From an uncultured Anaerolineales bacterium (GTDB lineage: Bacteria > Chloroflexota > Anaerolineae > CG2-30-64-16): a stretch of DNA of 64,000 nt. Where the stretch lies: NCBI GenBank assembly GCA_964423545.1, contig CAYRFV010000001.1:4090-68089 (forward strand), written 5' to 3'. The position numbers were made by a program, and so were the translations under genes. Shown here piece by piece: positions 57,673 through 64,000 of the stretch (position 1 is its first letter; each line of letters opens with the position of its first letter). The notes beneath the pieces are model-generated. The model ran no database searches. It was not told the origin of the DNA and was given only the letters and a program-made list of their open reading frames with translations.

Positions 57673-58019
57673 CTGCTCCAGGTGCGGGCTCAAGCGCACG
57701 ACGTCGCGGAAGTGCGCCAACGCCGCGCGGGGTGCATCCCCGTCAGGGATCGATCATCGCGCTATCGTGTGTCAGCGGTGGACATTTTGCCCCCGGCTGT
57801 CTGTCTGTTTGCTGACGCCAGAGCCACCGAAACGCGGCGCCGCGTGGAGCGCCGGCATCGTGTGCGGCCATGAAGCGCGCGAACAACAACGAGGTGCGAT
57901 GATCCAGACTGTATCGCGTTCCCAGTGTTCGGTCAAGACGTCGTAGACGTCAAAGACACTTGCAGCGAGCGGGCTTCAGCGGTGGCCGCGCCGGTGAGAC
58001 GAGGCAAGGGGTCCGCGGT

Positions 58020-58072
58020 GCAGGCGCGAGAACAGGGAGAAGAGCAACGCCCTCCCCTGTTCTCGCGCCTGC
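58020..58072 (-). terminator. strong stem-loop downstream of rex
   Basis: 18-bp perfect stem GCAGGCGCGAGAACAGGG (58020-58037) / CCCTGTTCTCGCGCCTGC (58055-58072). It starts 25 nt after the rex stop. There is no clear U-tract. Confidence 0.55.
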
Positions 58073-58096
58073 TGGAGACGACAACTGCCTTGCGGT

Positions 58097-58723
58097 TTAC
58101 GGCAGATAGTAAGTCATACGCTGCAGGCCGACCACTGGATCGATGTACTGCACGCGCACGCCGGTCGGCACCATAATCGTGATGGGGGCGTAGTTCAAGA
58201 TCGCCTTAACACCGGCATCAATCATGGTGCGGGCCATCGCCTGGGCGTACTCGGCGGGCGTGGCGATCACGCCCACGACGATCTCGCGCTGACGAATCGT
58301 CTCCGCTAGTTCCTCAATGGGTTGCACCTTGACGTTGTTCACGCCCATGATCTGGCCGATCTTCGCTGGATCGTTGTCGAAGATGGCGGTGATGTTGAAT
58401 CCCTTGCCAGCAAAGCCGGGATAATCGGCGATCGCCTTGCCCAGGTTGCCCGCACCCACGAGCACGACGTCCCACATGCGGTTCACCTTGAGAATCTCGC
58501 TCAACTGCTGATGCAGAAACGCGATGTCGTAGCCCGTGCCCTGCTTGCCGAACTCGCCGAAGTGCGATAGATCCTTGCGAATCTGCGCCGACGAGATGCC
58601 CAGTCGATCGCCAAGCTCCTGGGACGACGTGATCTGCCGCCCTTCTGCAACGAGGAAGTTGAGCGCGCGGAGATAGACCGGCAGCCGCCCAATGACGATA
58701 TCCGGAATCGATCGTTTGGCCAT
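58097..58723 (-). CDS. rex: redox-sensing transcriptional repressor Rex
   Basis: IPDIVIGRLPVYLRAL...SSQELGDRLGISSAQIRKDLSHFGEFGKQGTGY plus a Rossmann VVLVGAGNLG motif. 208 aa. Confidence 0.9.
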   Translation of the reverse strand: MAKRSIPDIVIGRLPVYLRALNFLVAEGRQITSSQELGDRLGISSAQIRKDLSHFGEFGKQGTGYDIAFLHQQLSEILKVNRMWDVVLVGAGNLGKAIADYPGFAGKGFNITAIFDNDPAKIGQIMGVNNVKVQPIEELAETIRQREIVVGVIATPAEYAQAMARTMIDAGVKAILNYAPITIMVPTGVRVQYIDPVVGLQRMTYYLP

Positions 58724-58831
58724 ATTTCACTCCTTTCGACGCCGGCCTTCAGGTCAGACCCCAGGGACTTGCCAAAAGGTCGCACAACACCTGTGGCGGC
58801 TTCGTTTCTCTCTTGTGAATTCCACCCTTTC

Positions 58832-58860
58832 ATTGTAGCACAAGTGCGATCCTTGTGCAA
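58832..58860 (-). promoter_or_regulatory. sigma-70-like promoter of rex
   Basis: The minus strand reads TTGCAC (58860-58855), 17-nt spacer, TACAAT (58837-58832). Confidence 0.5.
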
Positions 58861-58870
58861 GTGTTGACAA
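58853..58870. promoter_or_regulatory. Rex-operator-like box TTGTGCAAGTGTTGACAA
   Basis: Matches TTGTGAA-N4-TTCACAA at 12 of 14 half-site positions. It overlaps both divergent -35 hexamers. An isolated TTGTGAA half-site lies at 58813-58819. Confidence 0.4.
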
Positions 58871-58892
58871 GGCGCGCGTATGGTGCTATCTT
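58864..58892 (+). promoter_or_regulatory. sigma-70-like promoter for the membrane-protein/efflux genes
   Basis: TTGACA (58864-58869), 17-nt spacer, TATCTT (58887-58892). Only ~12 nt separate it from ATG 58905, so the mRNA would be nearly leaderless. Confidence 0.5.
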
Positions 58893-58904
58893 GCGCATCT
58901 CACG

Positions 58905-59675
58905 ATGTCCTTACCGCCCACAATCATAGAGAAGCGAATAGCACAGATGCCAGCGCGAATGTCCGCTTGGGCCGTACTGGTCGGGTTGGTCGACCGCCCT
59001 GGCGATGCTCTGACCAACATCACCGCCTATCCGCGCTGGCGCTGGGTGCTGCCGGTCATGCTCACTGTGGCTGCACTGGCGCTCTCCCTCGCGCTGACTG
59101 CGCGGCTGCTGACCATCCAAACGCGGCGGATGTTGGCCGAACAGATGGCGCAGCTTCCAGCGGAACAGGCAAGCGTCATGCAGGAACAGCTACGGCGTTT
59201 CGAAAAGCCTGAAGCGGTCGCCAGCACAGCGTTTGCCACCGCACTGGCGGGGCAGCTCATCGGCTGGGTGGCCCTCTCCGTCACCATCTACTTCGGCGTG
59301 CTGATTGCAGGGGGTGAGCTGGAATTCAGGCGGATCCTGGTGGCTGCGCCGTGGCTCACCCTGCCGTTCGCCGCCGAATGGCTGTTGCAGGCGATCTTCG
59401 CCCAAGCGGCGGGGCACCTGATCATCAATCAGGGGCTCTCCTATCTGGCGTCCGTCGGCAAACCGGCGGAGGATATGCGCAACCCCGCCTATGGTGCGCT
59501 GGGCCAACTCACCTTGTTCCGGCTCTGGCACTGGCTGCTGGTCTATGCTTTGCTGCGGAAGGCGGCAAAGCTGAGTGACGGCACAGCCCTCGTCCTGACC
59601 GTGGTCAATGCCGCGCTCGCGGTCGGAATGCGTCTTGCACTGGCAGCGTTGACGGGGATGCTCAATCCGGACTGA
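58905..59675 (+). CDS. polytopic membrane protein (Yip1-domain-like), function unknown
   Basis: 256-aa ORF with ~5 hydrophobic helices. The family assignment is tentative. Confidence 0.5.
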   Translation: MSLPPTIIEKRIAQMPARMSAWAVLVGLVDRPGDALTNITAYPRWRWVLPVMLTVAALALSLALTARLLTIQTRRMLAEQMAQLPAEQASVMQEQLRRFEKPEAVASTAFATALAGQLIGWVALSVTIYFGVLIAGGELEFRRILVAAPWLTLPFAAEWLLQAIFAQAAGHLIINQGLSYLASVGKPAEDMRNPAYGALGQLTLFRLWHWLLVYALLRKAAKLSDGTALVLTVVNAALAVGMRLALAALTGMLNPD

Positions 59676-59799
59676 GAATTCGGAAGATACCTTGCGGTAT
59701 TCGGAGCAAAAAAGCGCGGAAATAGCAGCATCATCTAGTGCGAAAGTTCGCGCAGGCGGGCGCCGGTGGCGCCCGCCTGCCACGCGAGGAGCCCAGGAC

Positions 59800-61185
59800 A
59801 TGCGGAGAGCGTTGGTTATTCTGCTGATCATCGGCGCAGTCGTCGGTCTCAGCTGGCTCGGCTACCAGCAGTTCGGTGGAGCGAAAGCGGCGGCCAGTCC
59901 CGACTATGATGTGACGCCGGTGACGCGCGGAGACATCACTTCGGTTGTGAGCGCTTCGGGCACGGTTCTGCCCGAACGTCAAACCAGCCTCGCCTTTCAG
60001 GCAGGCGGAACAATCGTCAGTGTCCTTGTCCAGGTCGGCGATCAAGTCAGGGCCGGCCAGGTGCTGGCGCAGACCGACGCCAGGGACCTCGAACTGGCTG
60101 TCCGGCAGGCGCAAGTCGGACTGCGGCAGGCTGAGGCGCAGCTTGCCCAACTGAAGGCCGGTCCGAATGCAGTCGACGTGGCATCGGCCAGGGCAGCGCT
60201 GGCCAGTGCGCAGGCTGCGTATCAACAGCTTCTGAACGGCACGGATGCCGATCGGCTGGCGGCCGCGCGCGCCCAGGTGGAACAGGCGCGCGTAACGCTC
60301 GATCAGGCGCAACAGGCGTATGACAAGGTCAAGGACGTGCCGGGCGTAGGCATGCTGCCGCAGTCGCTCCAGCTTCAGCAGGCCACCATCAACTATGAGA
60401 CAGCCCAGGCCAACTACCGCGTGGCGAGCCGCGGCGCCGATCAGGCCCAGCTTGTCGCCAGCCAGGCCCAGGTAGCCCAGGCGCAGGCCGCGCTCGATCG
60501 CCTTCAGCGCGGCCCGACGAAAGAGCAGGTTGATGTGGCGCAGGCTGCCGTCGATCAAGCACAGTTAGCAGTGGAGCAGTCGCAGCGCCGGCTAGAGAAT
60601 ACGCGTCTGGTGGCGCCGTGGAGCGGTATCGTGACATCTCTCTCGGCTGTCGAGGGTGCGTTGGCGCAGCCCGGCGCACCGGCGCTGCAACTGGCCGATC
60701 AGAGCCAGTTGCACATCAATGTCCAGGTCGACGAGGTGGATGTCGCCAGCGTGGCGCCCGGTCAACCCGTGAGCATCGAGCTGGACGCCCTGCCCGAGCA
60801 GAAGCTGGCCGGACACGTCCACAGCATCGCGCCCGGTGCGACTGTCGATCAGGCCGGGACGACCTCTTACCTGGTCACGATTCATTTCGATCGTCCGAAC
60901 GCGCCGGTGCGGCCCGGAATGAGCGCGACAGCAAACATCACCAGCAATTCGCGGAAAGGCGTGCTGCTTGTGGCGAATCGGGCCGTGCAGATCGATCGCG
61001 AATCGGGCCGCACCTATGTCGAAAAGGAGACTGAGCTCGGTCCGCAGAAGGTCGAGATTCGCCTTGGCCTGCGCGACGAGCAGCACAGTGAGGTCCGCGA
61101 GGGTCTCTCTGAAGATGATAAGGTGATCATTCGCAGAACCAGCAGCCTTGAGCAGCTTCAGAGGGCCTTCGGTCAGAACAACTAA
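59800..61185 (+). CDS. HlyD/MacA-type periplasmic adaptor subunit
   Basis: ATG 59800 follows GAGGAG. N-terminal TM anchor, long coiled coil ([30 protein letters not shown]), then [11 protein letters not shown] and PGMSATANI barrel motifs. Confidence 0.8.
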   Translation: MRRALVILLIIGAVVGLSWLGYQQFGGAKAAASPDYDVTPVTRGDITSVVSASGTVLPERQTSLAFQAGGTIVSVLVQVGDQVRAGQVLAQTDARDLELAVRQAQVGLRQAEAQLAQLKAGPNAVDVASARAALASAQAAYQQLLNGTDADRLAAARAQVEQARVTLDQAQQAYDKVKDVPGVGMLPQSLQLQQATINYETAQANYRVASRGADQAQLVASQAQVAQAQAALDRLQRGPTKEQVDVAQAAVDQAQLAVEQSQRRLENTRLVAPWSGIVTSLSAVEGALAQPGAPALQLADQSQLHINVQVDEVDVASVAPGQPVSIELDALPEQKLAGHVHSIAPGATVDQAGTTSYLVTIHFDRPNAPVRPGMSATANITSNSRKGVLLVANRAVQIDRESGRTYVEKETELGPQKVEIRLGLRDEQHSEVREGLSEDDKVIIRRTSSLEQLQRAFGQNN

Positions 61186-61199
61186 CAGCGGATGGATAC

Positions 61200-61970
61200 G
61201 TGGCTGAACCAAACAGCGGGCCAGTTATTGCGATCAAAGATATCACCAAGGTCTACAGCATGGGCGAGGTCGAGGTTCACGCGCTGCGCGGCGTCTCGCT
61301 GACCGTGGAGCACGGTGAGATGCTGGCGATCATGGGACCATCCGGTTCTGGAAAGTCGACCTTGATGAATATCATCGGTTGTCTTGACCAACCCACCGCC
61401 GGCGAATACTGGCTGGCAGGCGAGGATGTGTCGCGGCTCAACGACGACCGGCTGGCCGAGATCCGGAACCAGCGCATCGGCTTTGTCTTCCAGAGCTTCA
61501 ACTTGCTGCCTCGAACGCCGGCAGTGCAGAACGTGGAGTTGCCCTTGATTTACTCCGGCATGCGCAATCGTCGCGCGCGCGCCGTTGAGTCGCTGCAACG
61601 GGTCGGTCTCGGTGACCGCTTGACCCATCGCCCGAACGAGCTCTCCGGGGGGCAGCAGCAGCGCGTCGCCATCGCGCGCGCGTTGGTGACCTCGCCGAGC
61701 ATCATCATGGCTGATGAGCCGACTGGCAACCTGGACTCGAAGGCGGGCGCCGAAGTGATGCACATCTTCCAACAGCTGAACGCGGAGCAGGGAATCACCG
61801 TGATCCTGGTGACGCACGAACCCGATATTGCGGAACACTGCCGGCGCATCGTGCACATCTATGACGGCAAGATCGTCTGCGACGAACCGGTGTTGAATCC
61901 GCGACGCGCCGGGGAATCAGCGTATCTCATCAACCATCGGCCGCCCATGACAACAGGCAATACACCCTAG
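61200..61970 (+). CDS. MacB-type ABC transporter ATP-binding protein
   Basis: GTG 61200. Contains [27 protein letters not shown] and [11 protein letters not shown]. Confidence 0.85.
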   Translation: MAEPNSGPVIAIKDITKVYSMGEVEVHALRGVSLTVEHGEMLAIMGPSGSGKSTLMNIIGCLDQPTAGEYWLAGEDVSRLNDDRLAEIRNQRIGFVFQSFNLLPRTPAVQNVELPLIYSGMRNRRARAVESLQRVGLGDRLTHRPNELSGGQQQRVAIARALVTSPSIIMADEPTGNLDSKAGAEVMHIFQQLNAEQGITVILVTHEPDIAEHCRRIVHIYDGKIVCDEPVLNPRRAGESAYLINHRPPMTTGNTP

Positions 61971-62007
61971 AGGACCGTTTCACCCTTCGTCCTCTTCTGA
62001 GGCAACC

Positions 62008-63273
62008 ATGAGTATCACGGAAGCGATTCGTCTGGCCTTGCGGGCGCTATCGGTCAACAAACTACGTTCGGCCCTGACGATGCTCGGCATCATCATCGGC
62101 GTCGGCGCCGTCATCACGCTGCTTTCGGTCGGACAAGGAGTTCAGACCCTCGTCACCGAACAGCTCCAGAGCATCGGCACGAATCTGCTTTTCGTCGTGC
62201 CCGGCAATATCGGCGTCGGCGGACAGGCGCAGTTTCGCATGGCGGCGCGTTCAACCCTGACCCTGGGTGATGTGGAGGCGGTCGCGGATCCGTTCAATGC
62301 TCCGAGCGTAGCACGCGTGGCGCCCGAACTGATGAGCGCGGCCAATGTGAGCTTCGGCAAGAAGGACCTGCGGCTGTCGGTCTCAGGCGTGACGCCGGCC
62401 TATGAGGGGGTGCGCAACATGCGGGTCGCCCAGGGCAGCTTTCTGACCGAAACCGATCTGGCCGGACGGTCGCGGGTGGTGGTGCTGGGCAGCCGGGCGG
62501 CCGAAAAGCTCTTCGGCGCCGAGGTCTATCCGATCGGCCAGACCATCAAGATCAACAACGTGCCCTTCAAGGTGATCGGGGTGCTCGAAGCCAAAGGCGG
62601 AGGCGGAGGGTTCGGCGGCGGCAACAACCAGGATGAAGTGGTGCTGACGCCGATGTCCACCGCGCACCAGCGCCTCTTCACGACCCGGTTCCGCAGTCCC
62701 AAGGGGGAGCCACTGGTGTCGGTGATCTACACCCAGGTAGTCAGTGAGGACCGGATGCCACAGGCCACGGATGAGATCGGCCGTTTGCTGCGCCAGCGCC
62801 ACGACATCAAGTACCAGGATGAGGACGACTTCACCGTCATCAATCAGAAAGACCTCGTAGCGATCTTCGGGCAGATCACCGGCGTTCTGACGATCTTCCT
62901 GGGAGCGATTGCGGGCATCAGCCTGCTAGTGGGCGGCATTGGCATCATGAATATCATGCTGGTTTCGGTCACTGAGCGCACGCGCGAGATCGGTCTGCGC
63001 AAGGCGGTGGGTGCGAAGCGCCGCGATATCCTCAGTCAGTTCCTCATCGAATCGGTCATCATGTCGGTCATCGGCGGACTGATCGGCATTGCGTTGGGTG
63101 CAGGAGGCGCGATGCTCATCTCCCGGCTGGCCACCGATCTCAAGACGGTGGTGACGCTCGATTCGGTGCTGCTCGCGACCGGGTTCTCGGCTGCGGTAGG
63201 GCTGTTCTTCGGCATCTATCCCGCAACGCGCGCTTCCCGGCTGAACCCGATCGAGGCATTGCGATACGAATGA
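62008..63273 (+). CDS. MacB/FtsX-type ABC transporter permease
   Basis: 421 aa. N-terminal LRALSVNKLRSALTMLGIIIGV, an extracytoplasmic domain, and C-terminal ERTREIGLRKAVGA...NPIEALRYE. Confidence 0.85.
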   Translation: MSITEAIRLALRALSVNKLRSALTMLGIIIGVGAVITLLSVGQGVQTLVTEQLQSIGTNLLFVVPGNIGVGGQAQFRMAARSTLTLGDVEAVADPFNAPSVARVAPELMSAANVSFGKKDLRLSVSGVTPAYEGVRNMRVAQGSFLTETDLAGRSRVVVLGSRAAEKLFGAEVYPIGQTIKINNVPFKVIGVLEAKGGGGGFGGGNNQDEVVLTPMSTAHQRLFTTRFRSPKGEPLVSVIYTQVVSEDRMPQATDEIGRLLRQRHDIKYQDEDDFTVINQKDLVAIFGQITGVLTIFLGAIAGISLLVGGIGIMNIMLVSVTERTREIGLRKAVGAKRRDILSQFLIESVIMSVIGGLIGIALGAGGAMLISRLATDLKTVVTLDSVLLATGFSAAVGLFFGIYPATRASRLNPIEALRYE

Positions 63274-63332
63274 GTCGAGAGACGCGCGAAGCAGTGCATG
63301 GTTTGGCTCGCCGATCACGCGCGCAGCGACGG

Positions 63333-64000
63333 ATGCGCGCGATGCGTCCGGTGCTGATCCTGGCGGGGATCCTCGCGCTGTGGATGCTGACCGGCTGCCA
63401 GGGCCTGATCCAACCGACGCCGGCGCCCACGCTGACGGTCGTGGCGCTGTCGCCTGACGCATCGGTTCAACCGACTCGCACGCCCGGCGCGCTCTCAACC
63501 GCGACCCCAGCCGCGGCGGCGATTGCGCCGTCGACTGCTCCGACTGCGCTGCCGGTTCCTGCGGAGGCGGCGCAACCGAACCCGACTGCCAGCAGGCAGC
63601 GCATCATGGCAGTAGGGGTGCGACCTACGCTGAAGCTGCGGGCGTCGCCGCAGACCGGCGCGTCGGTCGTCGCCAGCATTCCCGGCTCGCAGGTAGTGTG
63701 GGCTGAAGCTCGCAGCTCAGACGGTCGTTGGCTGCGCGTGGCCTACGGCGATGCCGGCGCACGCGCCTGGCTACCTCTCAGCGATATCACGCTGCTGGGC
63801 GAGATGACCGACCTGGCAGAGATGGGGCCGGGTGCGACCGGCGATGTCGCCGCGACGGCTGGTTCACCGGCGCCGGCGAACGCCGTCGCGACCGCGGCCC
63901 CGGCGGGTGCGCCCGGCCGTGTTCTGGTCGACCAGCTCAATGTGCGCCGCGGCCCAGGTCTGGACCAGGCGCTGCTGGGTCAGGCAGGCGCAGGCCAGGC
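63333..64000 (+). CDS. SH3b-domain lipoprotein (partial, runs off the window)
   Basis: Not in the ORF track because it has no stop in the window. My translation: MRAMRPVLILAGILALWMLTGC (lipobox), a P/A/T-rich linker, then SH3_3-like LKLRASPQTGASVVASIPGSQVVW...GRWLRVAY...AWLPL. A second LNVRRGPGLDQ begins near the end. Confidence 0.55.
   Translation, partial: MRAMRPVLILAGILALWMLTGCQGLIQPTPAPTLTVVALSPDASVQPTRTPGALSTATPAAAAIAPSTAPTALPVPAEAAQPNPTASRQRIMAVGVRPTLKLRASPQTGASVVASIPGSQVVWAEARSSDGRWLRVAYGDAGARAWLPLSDITLLGEMTDLAEMGPGATGDVAATAGSPAPANAVATAAPAGAPGRVLVDQLNVRRGPGLDQALLGQAGAGQ

Noticed and set aside
57721-58019. Unannotated ~300-bp gap between the MacB-type operon and rex; a minus-strand frame reads ...VFDVYDVLTEHWERDTVWIIAPR...
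   Set aside because: There is no start codon with an RBS, the open stretch is under 60 codons, and I recognise no family. It could be another remnant, but I cannot support that.

Overview
GC-rich bacterial chromosomal segment. Strong GGAGG ribosome-binding sites, lipoproteins with P/A/T/K-rich linkers, Rex plus cydABCD and many BMP/MacB-type ABC systems suggest a Terrabacteria lineage, possibly Chloroflexota; this is inference only. I found no rRNA, tRNA, IS/transposase, integrase or cas genes by eye.

Content from left to right:
- Housekeeping genes: surE, ilvE, DUF92, GT2.
- An orphan phnDC-(phnE-phnE fusion) transporter.
- A tyrosine-phenol-lyase-like beta-eliminating lyase, a CoA-type NUDIX hydrolase and qor.
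- A methyltransferase remnant followed by two identical 30-bp direct repeats around a 31-bp spacer (CRISPR-like mini-array).
- A 12-kb co-directional minus-strand cluster: GntR, UbiD decarboxylase, amidohydrolase_2, CoxMSL-type molybdenum hydroxylase and a BMP-type ABC importer.
- An AAA+ ATPase / wHTH / DUF234 nuclease-like gene.
- pgi, aldose epimerase and cydABCD.
- An arc-like remnant: YfcC fragment, intact ornithine carbamoyltransferase and an internally deleted PPK2.
- P-type ATPase, SulP, MFS and pfk.
- Adenine deaminase divergent from a second BMP importer.
- Two MacB-type efflux systems flanking rex, then a partial SH3b lipoprotein at the right edge.

Most notable observations:
- The mosaic UbiD / amidohydrolase / Mo-hydroxylase / BMP cluster. 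Its promoter carries a Rex-like box over the -35 and a perfect palindrome at about +1.
- The orphan CRISPR-like repeat pair.
- The ATPase-nuclease fusion gene.
- Six gene remnants or frameshifts with no visible mobile elements.

All functional calls rest on motif and family recognition by eye; no searches were run.
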